Position numbers and translations under genes: made by a program
Assembly: GCA_031425075.1 (NCBI GenBank)
Contig: JANPIQ010000379.1
Location: forward strand, 1 to 51,019
Length of the DNA stretch: 51,019 bases
From: Sphingomonadales bacterium
GTDB taxonomy: Bacteria > Pseudomonadota > Alphaproteobacteria > Sphingomonadales > Sphingomonadaceae
Reading direction: 5' to 3'
The notes under the pieces: model-generated
Told to the model about the DNA's origin: nothing
What the model saw: the letters and a program-made list of their open reading frames with translations, nothing else
The model's database searches: none
Part shown: in pieces, positions 22,963-32,495 of the stretch
Layout: every line of letters begins with the position of its first letter
Position numbering within the stretch: position 1 is the stretch's first letter

Positions 22963-23610
22963 CTATTTTGGCAAACGCCACGTAACGCGTTGGGTTTTGG
23001 TTTCGGCAATCGGTGACCCAGTCGCGTCGAGCGCCGCTTTGTAGCGAAACCGCCGAATGATCAGCTTGCACGTTTCTGCATCAAGTGCAGGACTTGCGCC
23101 CGACGCCGAACATTCGGTCACGCGGCCATCGGCCCCCACGGTGAACCGTGCGACTGCCGTTCCGGCCTCTTCGTTGCGGATCGACGACGGCGGATAATCC
23201 TCATCGGAAATCGATCCGCCGCGCTGCACGGCCTTGGTCGCGACCTTTGGCGCTGCGGGCGGCGGTGGTGGCGGTGGCGGTGGTGGTGGTGGCGCTGGCG
23301 GTGCCGTCGGCGTGATCGTGACTTGCTGCGTGTTGGTCGTCACGATCGGCGTCACGTTCACAGGCGGCGGCGCCGTCACCTTAGGCGGGGGCGGAATATC
23401 GAGCTTTTCGGGTGGTGGCGGTGGCTCCTCAACCTCTTCAGGAACCTCTTCTTGCACATCGAAGGTCTTCAGATCTTCGAATGCCTCCTTGGCAGCATTA
23501 TAAGCCAGACCGGTTATGAGGGCATAACCGGCACCGACATGCAGCAACGCAACAACCCCGATCGCAACGATCCGGCGCGAGCTCATTTCTTCTTGATCAG
23601 CGTAAGCCAT
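22963..23610 (-). CDS. tonB: Energy transducer TonB
   Basis: N-terminal TM with His, Pro-rich linker (12 consecutive Pro, 23257-23292) and YPP..EEAG TonB C-domain. Confidence 0.9.
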   Translation of the reverse strand: MAYADQEEMSSRRIVAIGVVALLHVGAGYALITGLAYNAAKEAFEDLKTFDVQEEVPEEVEEPPPPPEKLDIPPPPKVTAPPPVNVTPIVTTNTQQVTITPTAPPAPPPPPPPPPPPPAAPKVATKAVQRGGSISDEDYPPSSIRNEEAGTAVARFTVGADGRVTECSASGASPALDAETCKLIIRRFRYKAALDATGSPIAETKTQRVTWRLPK

Positions 23611-23825
23611 TAAAAAACGACTCTCCCTCAAACAACCCATCAGGAGGCTGGCACAGTGACCCTGCCTTGGCAACTGTCCGTGCAACCCTCCGACCCCAGA
23701 CCTTGAATATCCGGGTATCACATCGGCACTTATCGCTGCCTTGCAAGCGACGCAACGGGTTTTCCCGTTGCAACACGCAACTATGCTAACGCTATATTCA
23801 TGATCGCCCACCGAAAAGAGACATT

Positions 23826-24659
23826 ATGATGAACGTGTCGAAAACCTTGATTTCCGTAGCGGCGATAGCGGTTGCGACACCGCTGTCCGCACAGGCGGTG
23901 CCGTCCCCGCCGCAGCCTTCGCCCTATACCTATGCCGATTTGGCAGATCTGGTTTTATCCGCTCCCATCGTCGCTGAGCTGCGGATTCGCAGGGCGGACA
24001 AGCTGCCGCCCAACCCCGCAACCTCTGACCCGATCCGCCAGCGCTATCTGATCAGCGCTGACGTCATGTCGGTGATTCGCGCGCCGAGCGGCATCGCTTC
24101 CCGGGTCGAATTCGTTTATCATGTGCCGCGCGATGCGCAGGGCCGGTTGCCAAAATTGACCAAAACGAGGGTTGCGATTGCTGCGTTTCCGGTGAGCGGG
24201 AAGCCGCAGGCACTGCAACTTGCCGCGCCCGATGCACTCATTCGCGCAGGTGAGGCCGAAAGCCGCACGATCCGTGCGATCGCGACCGCTGCCGTTGATC
24301 CTGCCGCTTCGCCAGAAGTAACCGGCGTCGGCAATGCGTTTCACAGCCCCGGAACGCTTGAAGGCGAGGGCGATACGCAGATTTTCCTCACCACACGCGA
24401 TGGCCGTCCGATATCGTTCAATGTTGTCCGCAGTCCTGCGGCGGCCCCGCGCTGGTCGGTTTCGATCGATGAATTGGTCGATGCCTCAGGGGCCCAGCCT
24501 CGCCGCGACACTTTGTTATGGTATCGACTTGCCTGTTTTCTGCCTGCCACGCTGTCCCCGTCGAGCAGCGCGTCGACACCGCAATTTGCGAGCCTGATAG
24601 CCGAGGACTATGCAACGATCATGCGCGGCCTTGGCCCGTGCAAGCGCAACAGGCGTTAG
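23826..24659 (+). CDS. Exported hypothetical protein
   Basis: 277 aa ORF with a signal peptide (…PLSA-Q) and good codon usage; no family recognised. Confidence 0.75.
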   Translation: MMNVSKTLISVAAIAVATPLSAQAVPSPPQPSPYTYADLADLVLSAPIVAELRIRRADKLPPNPATSDPIRQRYLISADVMSVIRAPSGIASRVEFVYHVPRDAQGRLPKLTKTRVAIAAFPVSGKPQALQLAAPDALIRAGEAESRTIRAIATAAVDPAASPEVTGVGNAFHSPGTLEGEGDTQIFLTTRDGRPISFNVVRSPAAAPRWSVSIDELVDASGAQPRRDTLLWYRLACFLPATLSPSSSASTPQFASLIAEDYATIMRGLGPCKRNRR

Positions 24660-25618
24660 GGCACCCAGCGCGTTTCGCGGATCCAGCGGCTGGCCAGAAA
24701 TTTGGTGCCCCTCGTCACTGGCAACCCTGCATGTTCGCTCAGTGGATCGACGCTGCGATCGTCACTTGCGTTGCGGAAAATCAGGCAATCGCCCTTGCGA
24801 CCACGGATCGTCAGCTCTGCCTTCACGAAGGTCGTTTCCCCACCCTGATAATCGTCGTTGAGCCAGACCAGCGCCGTCAACACGCGCTGATTTTGGGAGG
24901 CGCGGACGAAATCGAAATGCGGGCGGTATTGCTGGCCAGGGGCGTAGCGCAAGATCTGGATCGCTTCGCCCTGATCCCATTGCGTAGCAGTTGCCGCTGC
25001 CAGCCTGCGGTTGAGCGCGTGGACCGCCGGATCCTCGATCATCCAGTGCAGCGTTGCCCCATGCGATGTCCGGATCGGATCGGCGATCGTCCGCCCCTGG
25101 CTGTCGTTAACGGTAGACACTTCGTATCGCGGATCGGCGATCCTGCGAAGGTAATCGCATTCGGCGCTCGTCAAGAGAGCGGGAAACCGCCGCACCCACG
25201 GCGTTTTGCTTAAGACCAAGGCAGCCGGAAGCGCGGCAGGGTCGCCAACAGGATCCAGCGCCATATTGCGGATAAGTTCATGCGCGGCGCGACGGGTTCC
25301 CACGCTGCGGGCTTCATGCTTCAACCGTTTGAGCGCGACTGCCCAGTCGCGCGGCCCTGCGATTCCTGTGGCAAGCAGATTGGTGAAGATTGCAGCGGCA
25401 TTGGCGTGGCCCGCCTGCCCTGCCCGTTCGAACAGGGTTCGTGCAGCGGGCAAATCTTGAGGCACCAGACCGCCGCGCCATTTCATCTCGGCTAGCATCG
25501 CAAGCGCTCCGGCATCGCCTGCCATTGCCAGCCGGTGGATGATCAGGATCGCTTCGGCATTGCGCCCCGCGTTCGACAGCGAAAGGGCGTGATCGAGTTC
25601 GGGATGCCGGGCAGCCAT
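24656..25618 (-). CDS. 2OG-Fe(II) oxygenase, prolyl-4-hydroxylase-like, with Sel1-like N-terminus
   Basis: RTS motif, QILRY..GQQYRPHFD (HxD), GGET.F and EHAGLPV..G.K....W.R; Sel1-like QDLPAARTLFERAGQAGH. Confidence 0.85.
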   Translation of the reverse strand: MAARHPELDHALSLSNAGRNAEAILIIHRLAMAGDAGALAMLAEMKWRGGLVPQDLPAARTLFERAGQAGHANAAAIFTNLLATGIAGPRDWAVALKRLKHEARSVGTRRAAHELIRNMALDPVGDPAALPAALVLSKTPWVRRFPALLTSAECDYLRRIADPRYEVSTVNDSQGRTIADPIRTSHGATLHWMIEDPAVHALNRRLAAATATQWDQGEAIQILRYAPGQQYRPHFDFVRASQNQRVLTALVWLNDDYQGGETTFVKAELTIRGRKGDCLIFRNASDDRSVDPLSEHAGLPVTRGTKFLASRWIRETRWVP

Positions 25619-25715
25619 GGTGCGGCTATGCCAAAGGCCTTGCCGATATGCCAGTTTTCAAGGGGCTTGACGCCGCATAGAGCCCAACGCCACCCTCGCG
25701 CGTATACGTGAGAGC

Positions 25716-28289
25716 ATGGAACGGGGCAGTATGAAGCTGGTTGTGGTCGAATCGCCTGCCAAGGCAAAAACCATCGAGAAGTATCTGGGCCCGGGGCACA
25801 AGGTGCTGGCGAGTTTCGGCCATGTCCGCGATCTGCCGCCCAAGGATGGATCGGTCGATCCCGATAACGGCTTTGCGATGGTCTGGGACGCTTATGCCGA
25901 CAAGGCCAAGCAGTTAAAGGCCATTACAGACGCCGCAAAAACCGCCGATGCGCTGATCCTCGCGACCGATCCCGATCGCGAGGGCGAAGCAATCAGCTGG
26001 CATGTCCGCGAAGTGCTCGCCAAGCGCAAGGCGCTGCCCAAGCATGTCGAACGCGTGACGTTCAACGCGATTACCAAACCTGCAGTGCTTGCGGCGATGG
26101 CGGCACCGCGTCAGCTCGATAATGATCTGATCGATGCGTATCGCGCCCGTCGCGCGCTCGATTATCTGGTCGGCTTTACCCTGTCGCCTGTGCTGTGGCG
26201 CAAGCTGCCAGGCGCAAAGTCGGCAGGCCGGGTGCAATCGGTGACGCTGCGGATGATCGTCGATCGCGAACGTGAGATCGAAATGTTTCGCGCGCAGGAA
26301 TATTGGTCTGTCACAGCGCAGATGGAGCAGGACGGCATCGGCTTTGCCGCGCGCCTGGTTCGGTTCAAGGGCGAAAAGATCGAGCGGCTGAGCATTGGCG
26401 ATGCCGGCACGGCAGAGGCCGCCAAGGCTGCGGTTGAAGCGGGCCGCTTTTCGGTTGGGTCGGTTGAAACCAAGCCGCTGACGCGCAACCCGCCGCCGCC
26501 CTTCACCACCTCGACGCTCCAGCAGGAGGCGGCGCGCAAGCTCGGCTTTGCCGCGAGCCACACGATGCGGCTCGCGCAATCGCTCTACGAAGCGGGTGAC
26601 ATCACCTATATGCGCACCGACGGCGTCCAGATGGATGGCAGCGCAATTTCGGCAGCGCGCGGTGCGATCGCCAAGCGATATGACGCCTCCTACGTCCCTG
26701 ACAAGCCGCGCCAGTATCAGACCAAGGCCAAGAACGCGCAGGAAGCGCATGAGGCGATCCGCCCCACCGATTTCGGCAAGGATCGCGCGGCGTCAGGCGA
26801 TTTTGCGCGGCTTTACGAACTGATCTGGAAACGCGCGATGGCAAGCCAGATGGCTTCGGCGCGGATGGAGCGGACGACGATCGAAATGGCCGATGGAACA
26901 GGCCAGACGGGGTTGCGCGCAACGGGGCAGGTCGTACTCTTCCCCGGCTATCTCGCGCTGTATGAAGAGGGCCGCGATGATAGCGAAGACGATGATTCAA
27001 AGCGGTTGCCACTGATCCGCCAAGGCGATGCCCCCGCCAAAAAGTCGGTCGAGGCCGAACAGCATTCCACCCAGCCGCCTCCGCGCTATTCAGAGGCCAG
27101 CCTCGTCAAAAAGATGGAGGATCTCGGCATCGGGCGGCCATCGACCTATGCCTCGATCCTGCAAGTGCTGAAAGACCGCGATTATGTGCGCGTCGACAAG
27201 AACCGCTTCATGCCCAACGAATCCGGGCGACTGCTGACGGCGTTTCTCGAACGCTTTTTCGAACGCTATGTCGAATATGATTACACCGCAGGGCTCGAGG
27301 AACAGCTTGACGATGTGTCTGGCGGACGCGCGGCATGGCAGGCGGTGCTCGAGGCATTCTGGCGCGATTTCAAACCCAAGACCGCCGAAGTGATGGAACA
27401 ACAGCCGTCGGAAGTGACTGCAGCACTCGATGAGTTCCTGTCGCCATATCTGTTCCCGCAAGAGGCAGACGGCGGCGATCCGCGGCTGTGCCCCGCGTGC
27501 AAGGCCGGCAAGCTGGCGCTGCGCGGTGGCAAATTCGGCGCGTTCGTGGCGTGTTCGAACTATCCCGAATGCAAATACACCCGCCAATTCGGGCAGAGCG
27601 GCGCGGGCGACGGCGCGGCTTCGACTGGCCCCGAAGTGATGGGTCAGCATCCCGAAACCGGCGTCGACATCACGCGCAAATCGGGGCGGTTCGGGCCTTA
27701 CGTCGAAATGCCGCGCGGTGAGGGCGAAAAGCCCAAGATGGCGTCGATCCCCAAGGATATTCCCGATGCCGATTTCGGGCTCGACTGGGCAGTCAGGCTG
27801 CTCGATCTCCCGCGCACCGTCGGCGATCATCCCGAAACCGGGCTGCCGATCAGCGCGAGTATCGGGCGTTACGGGCCGTATCTGGTTCACAACAACAAAT
27901 ATGCCCGGCTGCAATCGACCAGTGACGTGTTCGAAACCGGCATGAACGCCGCCGTCGTCAAGCTCGCCGAGGCTGCGGCAGGCGGCAACCGGCGTGGCGC
28001 TGCCGCTGCGCGCGAGCCGCTCAAGGTCTTGGGCGCTCATCCTGTGTCGGGCATCGAGATCAAGGTCATGGAAGGCCGTTATGGCCCCTATGTCACCGAC
28101 GGCACTACTCACGCCTCGCTCCCCAAATCGGCGACGCCCGAAGCCCTGACGCTCGACGATGCCGTGCTCCTAATCGACGAACGCGCCGCCAAGGCACCGG
28201 TTAAGGGGAAGAAGAAGGTTGGCACGAAGAAAAAGGCCCCGGCCAAAAAGGCGGCAGTGAAGAAGGCTGTGCCGAAGACAAAGGGCTGA
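25716..28289 (+). CDS. topA: DNA topoisomerase I
   Basis: VVESPAKAKT, ATDPDREGE, SAGRVQS and catalytic ITYMRTD; Zn ribbon, GRFGPY repeats and Lys-rich tail. Alternative start at 25731. Confidence 0.98.
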   Translation: MERGSMKLVVVESPAKAKTIEKYLGPGHKVLASFGHVRDLPPKDGSVDPDNGFAMVWDAYADKAKQLKAITDAAKTADALILATDPDREGEAISWHVREVLAKRKALPKHVERVTFNAITKPAVLAAMAAPRQLDNDLIDAYRARRALDYLVGFTLSPVLWRKLPGAKSAGRVQSVTLRMIVDREREIEMFRAQEYWSVTAQMEQDGIGFAARLVRFKGEKIERLSIGDAGTAEAAKAAVEAGRFSVGSVETKPLTRNPPPPFTTSTLQQEAARKLGFAASHTMRLAQSLYEAGDITYMRTDGVQMDGSAISAARGAIAKRYDASYVPDKPRQYQTKAKNAQEAHEAIRPTDFGKDRAASGDFARLYELIWKRAMASQMASARMERTTIEMADGTGQTGLRATGQVVLFPGYLALYEEGRDDSEDDDSKRLPLIRQGDAPAKKSVEAEQHSTQPPPRYSEASLVKKMEDLGIGRPSTYASILQVLKDRDYVRVDKNRFMPNESGRLLTAFLERFFERYVEYDYTAGLEEQLDDVSGGRAAWQAVLEAFWRDFKPKTAEVMEQQPSEVTAALDEFLSPYLFPQEADGGDPRLCPACKAGKLALRGGKFGAFVACSNYPECKYTRQFGQSGAGDGAASTGPEVMGQHPETGVDITRKSGRFGPYVEMPRGEGEKPKMASIPKDIPDADFGLDWAVRLLDLPRTVGDHPETGLPISASIGRYGPYLVHNNKYARLQSTSDVFETGMNAAVVKLAEAAAGGNRRGAAAAREPLKVLGAHPVSGIEIKVMEGRYGPYVTDGTTHASLPKSATPEALTLDDAVLLIDERAAKAPVKGKKKVGTKKKAPAKKAAVKKAVPKTKG

Positions 28290-28457
28290 GTCGCCGCCGT
28301 TATTCTGGGTTCGTCGTTCGGATATGCATACAGGCTTTGCATTGCCTGCGCACGCAGCGGCTATGGCATGCGGCCGGGTCGGACATTTCGACATTGGCTT
28401 GGGCCCCACACGACTTTGCTGTGCGTTAGGCTCTGACAAAACCGGAAAGAGATCCAA

Positions 28458-29231
28458 ATGCACCAGATCCAACGCGGCGCCGGCCCCAAACTTTTACTCG
28501 TTCACGGCCTTGGTGGAAGCTGGCAATCGTGGAGCACAGTCCTTGATGACTTGAGCGTACATCGCACCGTGATCGCAATCGACTTGCCCGGGCATGGGGC
28601 GACGCCGGCCGAGCCCGATAGCGGAACTTTTGCCGGACTGGTCGGCAGTGTCGAACGCTATATCGCAGACAACGGACTGACGGGGATCGATGTGGTTGGC
28701 AGTTCGATGGGCGCACGGATCGTGCTCGAGCTGGCGCGGCGCGGGGGTGTAGGCCATGTCGTAGCACTTGATCCGGGCGGGTTCTGGCGCGGCTGGGAAC
28801 GCCAATTCTTTAAGACAACCATCGGGCTGTCGGGACGATTGCTTCGCACCATCCGCCCGCTTCTCCCGATGCTGAGCCGGTATGCTCCGTTGCGCACTGC
28901 GCTGCTCGCGCAACTGTCGGTGCGGCCCTGGGCACTCGACGCCCGGGCCGTTTCGACCGAATTGACTGGTTTGAGCAACACGCCGACGTTCGATGCCCTG
29001 GTGCGCGACCTTGCCGATGGCCCCGAGCAACGCGGGCCAGCCGCCGCGTCGACCGGTCAGGTCGTGATTGGATGGGGACGACAAGATCGCTTGTGTCTGC
29101 CGCGCCAAGCGCCGCGTGCCTTGGCGGTGTTCCCCTTGGCAAGGCTGCACTGGTTCGAAACGTGCGGCCATTTTCCCGCATGGGACCAGCCTGCTGAAAC
29201 CGTTGCCGTGATCGTTGCGGCAATCAAGTGA
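28458..29231 (+). CDS. Alpha/beta hydrolase
   Basis: HGLGG, DLPGHG, GSSMG nucleophile elbow and GHFP. Confidence 0.88.
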   Translation: MHQIQRGAGPKLLLVHGLGGSWQSWSTVLDDLSVHRTVIAIDLPGHGATPAEPDSGTFAGLVGSVERYIADNGLTGIDVVGSSMGARIVLELARRGGVGHVVALDPGGFWRGWERQFFKTTIGLSGRLLRTIRPLLPMLSRYAPLRTALLAQLSVRPWALDARAVSTELTGLSNTPTFDALVRDLADGPEQRGPAAASTGQVVIGWGRQDRLCLPRQAPRALAVFPLARLHWFETCGHFPAWDQPAETVAVIVAAIK

Positions 29232-29288
29232 AGTCGCTTGCGCCTGACGGATGATCAGACCTGACGGCTGAATAGATTATCGCTTCAG

Positions 29289-30107
29289 TCAAATGCCCTC
29301 ACGATAATCCCCGAACGTCTTATCGCGCCCGGATAGCGCCTTGGTCACCCCGCCCTCGCGCATTTCGGTCATGAAGGCGCGGCTCGCCTTGGTGTGCCAA
29401 CCGAGGCCGTGCAGGTCGGTGCCGGTCTTGAGGCCGGCGCGCATTCCCATCACTTCCATCTGGCGGTGGACCGCGCGCTTGTTCAATTGGGCGAGCTCGG
29501 GATCGACCTTGGCAATGCGTTCCGCCACCGCGAGCACTTCGGCTTCCAACTGGTCTTCGGCAAAGGCGCGGTTGGCAAAACCAAGCCGCACCGCTTCATC
29601 GCCTGACATAGCATCGCCGGTCAGCATCGCCTCCATCGCGGCGCGGATCCCCATCAGCCAGACGTGGTAATGATTGTCGGGCGGGGCCATCGTGCGCACC
29701 GCCGGATATCCGATCTTGGCATCATGCGCGACATAGACGAGATCGCATCCCACGGCGAGCTCGGACCCGCCTGCCAGACACCAGCCATGGACCTGCGCGA
29801 TGATTGGCTTGGCCATGTCCCACATTCGGAAGCAGCCGTCGACGACGTGGCGCGCCCATTGCGCCTGATTGGCAGCGGTGTGCCACGGCAATTCGCCAAG
29901 GCTGGCAAGATCGTAACCCGATGAAAAGCAGCTCCCCGCGCCGCGCACGATGATCACGCGAACGGTGTCGTCGCGATCGGCTGCTTCGAGCGCTTCAAAG
30001 ATTTCGGCGCGCAGCGCGTTCGACAGCGCATTGCGTTTTTCAGGGCGATTGAGCGTGAGTCGGCGGACACAAGGGGCGGGATCGTCGGTCAGTAGGATGT
30101 CGGTCAT
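29289..30107 (-). CDS. Enoyl-CoA hydratase/isomerase (crotonase) family protein
   Basis: LNRPEKRNAL, FSSGYDL, HGWCLAGGSEL; AAGGAG SD before ATG 30107. Confidence 0.9.
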   Translation of the reverse strand: MTDILLTDDPAPCVRRLTLNRPEKRNALSNALRAEIFEALEAADRDDTVRVIIVRGAGSCFSSGYDLASLGELPWHTAANQAQWARHVVDGCFRMWDMAKPIIAQVHGWCLAGGSELAVGCDLVYVAHDAKIGYPAVRTMAPPDNHYHVWLMGIRAAMEAMLTGDAMSGDEAVRLGFANRAFAEDQLEAEVLAVAERIAKVDPELAQLNKRAVHRQMEVMGMRAGLKTGTDLHGLGWHTKASRAFMTEMREGGVTKALSGRDKTFGDYREGI

Positions 30108-30180
30108 GTGGCTCTCCTTTGGAAGTAACATTGCCGGGTGAGCTTCGAGCTACAACTGGCGAGAATGTGAAGACTCCACC

Positions 30181-30330
30181 ATCCTTCCATTGGTCTTGCG
30201 ACGGGGAGGGGGACCGTTTGGCGCGAAGACGCCAAATGGTGGAGGGGCTGCTTGGCTTTGGTGCTGGCCCCTCCACCAACGCGCCTGCGCGCGTCGGTCC
30301 CCCTCCCCATTTTAAGAGAAATGGGGAGGA
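30181..30330. repeat. Family-A intergenic nested palindrome (REP/BIME-like)
   Basis: GGGGAGGGGGACC (30203) pairs with GGTCCCCCTCCCC (30296); TGGTGGAGGGG (30237) pairs with CCCCTCCACCA (30268). Confidence 0.8.
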
Positions 30331-30382
30331 CAAAGGTGCCACGCCTTGTGCAACACCCAGACCTCCGCCAATGCCGCGCGCC

Positions 30383-31477
30383 ATGAGCACACCCGCACTC
30401 GTTCACATGATCGCCGCTGCACGCCCCAATTTCATGAAGGTGGCGCCGCTGTGGCACGCGCTGGTTGCGGCACCAGATTTTACGCCGGTGCTGATCCATA
30501 CCGGGCAGCATTATGATCCCAACATGTCCGATGCGATCTTCGCCGATCTGCGCTTGCCCAAGCCGCAGCATCATCTCGGGGTTGGATCGGGAAGCCATGC
30601 CGAACAGACCGGCAATGTGATGATCGCCTATGAAAAAATCGCGATGGCAGAGCGCCCCGACTGGCTGATCGTGGTGGGAGACGTCAACAGCACGGCAGCG
30701 TGCGCAATGGTCGCAGCGAAACTCCATATCCGGTGCGTCCATCTGGAGGCCGGCCTCAGGAGCCGCGACCGGCGGATGCCCGAGGAGATCAATCGGCTGA
30801 TCACCGATGCGATCGCCGATGTGCTCTGGACGCCGTCTCCCGATGGCGATCAGAACCTGCTGGCCGAAGGCGTGCCTGCTGCCCGGATCAGTCGCGTCGG
30901 CAACATCATGCTCGATAGCTTCGAAATGGTCCGTGACCAGATTGCCTCAGCCGACGTCCCGGGCGAGTTGGGGCTGACATCCGGCGGCTATGGCGTCGTG
31001 ACGCTGCACCGGCCGAGCAATGTCGACGAGGATGGCCCGCTTTCGGCGCTGGTCGATGCACTTGTCTTGGTGCAGGCGCGGCTACCTTTGGTGTGGCCAG
31101 TCCATCCGCGTTCGGCGAAGCGGCTGGCCGAAACCGGGCTCGAGGCGAAACTGCGGGTCGCAGGCGTCATGCTGATTGCGCCCGTCGCCTATATCCGCTT
31201 CATGAGCCTTGTCGCCAATGCCGCTGCCACAATCACCGATTCAGGCGGCATCCAGGAAGAAACGACCTATCTCGGCATTCCGTGCCTGACGCTGCGCGAG
31301 AATACCGAACGTCCGATCACGATCTTGGAGGGCACCAACCAGCTTTCGACGCCGGCAGCGTTGCTGGCCGACCTCGAAGCGGCATTGGCACGGCCCAAGT
31401 CTCAGCGTCCCCGGCCAGAATATTGGGATGGGCAGACTGCCGCGCGGTGCGTGGCGGATTTGCGCGCGCGGAGTTAG
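30383..31477 (+). CDS. wecB: UDP-N-acetylglucosamine 2-epimerase (non-hydrolysing)
   Basis: ARPNFMK, HTGQHYD, VGDVNS, EAGLRS, PEEINR, TDSGGIQEE and TERP. The track's extension to 30119 is read-through of the repeat. Confidence 0.93.
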   Translation: MSTPALVHMIAAARPNFMKVAPLWHALVAAPDFTPVLIHTGQHYDPNMSDAIFADLRLPKPQHHLGVGSGSHAEQTGNVMIAYEKIAMAERPDWLIVVGDVNSTAACAMVAAKLHIRCVHLEAGLRSRDRRMPEEINRLITDAIADVLWTPSPDGDQNLLAEGVPAARISRVGNIMLDSFEMVRDQIASADVPGELGLTSGGYGVVTLHRPSNVDEDGPLSALVDALVLVQARLPLVWPVHPRSAKRLAETGLEAKLRVAGVMLIAPVAYIRFMSLVANAAATITDSGGIQEETTYLGIPCLTLRENTERPITILEGTNQLSTPAALLADLEAALARPKSQRPRPEYWDGQTAARCVADLRARS

Positions 31478-31502
31478 CGCCAGACAAGAACCGCGCCAAA
31501 CC

Positions 31503-31614
31503 CCGATCATGGTGAGGAGGGGCTGAGCTTGTCGATGACCCGTGTCGAACCACCTGACACCAGTCCTTAGAGATGCGCCTTCGACTTTGCTCAGTCGCTC
31601 CTCAGGATAAGCGG
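31503..31614. repeat. Family-B intergenic palindrome (REP-like)
   Basis: CCGATCATGGTGAGGAG...CTCCTCAGGATAAGCGG ends, with internal CTGAGCTTGTCGA / TTCGACTTTGCTCAG. Confidence 0.75.
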
Positions 31615-31626
31615 ATTAAGCTGTGG

Positions 31627-32274
31627 TCAGTTGAATGAGCGACCCGCCAAATCCCACACGTCGCGGTTGTGATGAATGTGCACCCCCTGCCCTGCCGTTC
31701 CGCATAAGGCAGCAATCGCCTTCGCCACGTCATCGGCCGCGACTGAGCGATAGTGATCGAGGCTTTGGGGTGTCAGCAGGTCGGTTAGCGCGCTGACGGC
31801 AATCGCCACGCCTTCAAGGCTGCGCGGTGGACCCTGACGGTTGCCGCGCAAGAGCCCCGGGCGGATCAGGTCGAGCCGTTCGAAGCCGCAGCCGCGTAGC
31901 CCGTCTTCGGCCTCGCCCTTTGTCCGCATGTAAAAGTTCGACGCCCCCGATCGTGCGTTGACCGAGGACACCGCTATGCATTGCCGCGAACCGCAGCTTT
32001 TGGCGGCCCGGGCGAATGCCACGACCGCGTCCCTGTCTATCGCAGCAAAAGCTGCTTGGCTGCCCGCAATCTTCTGCGTGGTGCCGAGCGTAGAGATCGC
32101 GATGTCGAAGCTGTGGCCCACCATCAATGCGGGCCAATCGCCTGCTTCGCCGATCAATTGGTGGTTACTCGCTTCAACCCGACGGCGACCGATCAGAGTC
32201 ACCTCGTGCCCTGCCAGTTTGGGAACCAGCAGTCCGCCGACCAGTCCAGTGGCACCTGCAAGCATGATTTTCAT
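31627..32274 (-). CDS. NAD(P)-binding atypical SDR (YraR/TIP30-like)
   Basis: AGATGLVG, LGTT, VSS and NFYMRTKGEAE, IRPGLL.G.R. Confidence 0.85.
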   Translation of the reverse strand: MKIMLAGATGLVGGLLVPKLAGHEVTLIGRRRVEASNHQLIGEAGDWPALMVGHSFDIAISTLGTTQKIAGSQAAFAAIDRDAVVAFARAAKSCGSRQCIAVSSVNARSGASNFYMRTKGEAEDGLRGCGFERLDLIRPGLLRGNRQGPPRSLEGVAIAVSALTDLLTPQSLDHYRSVAADDVAKAIAALCGTAGQGVHIHHNRDVWDLAGRSFN

Positions 32275-32335
32275 GGCGATCATATGCGTCCCAAGTTCCC
32301 ATGATTGCAATGGACCAACTCTCGTCTAAAACGAC

Positions 32336-32454
32336 CCGCCCGCCTGAGCGAAGTCGAAGGTTTGTATCAAGCGAAGGCGAGATGCTTTTGCCGCCGCCCG
32401 AAAGGTTCTTGGCTTCACTCGAACCTGGCCCTCGACTGCGCTCAGGAACGGCGG
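32336..32454. repeat. Family-B-related intergenic palindrome
   Basis: CCGCCCGCCTGAGCGAAGTCGAAGG ... CCCTCGACTGCGCTCAGGAACGGCGG inverted ends. Confidence 0.75.
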
Positions 32455-32495
32455 AGTGTTTGGCACAGGCACCTTACGTGCCGAGGGAGAGTTTG

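Noticed and set aside
23257-23300. (GGT/GGC)n tract as a tandem repeat or phase-variation locus
   Set aside because: It is the Pro-codon run of the TonB linker with mixed synonymous codons.
28195-28289. Lys/Ala-rich repetitive tail of TopA
   Set aside because: A normal feature of alphaproteobacterial TopA.
30119-30382. N-terminal extension of WecB (and likewise 32301-32495)
   Set aside because: Read-through of palindromic repeats; family motifs begin at the downstream ATG.
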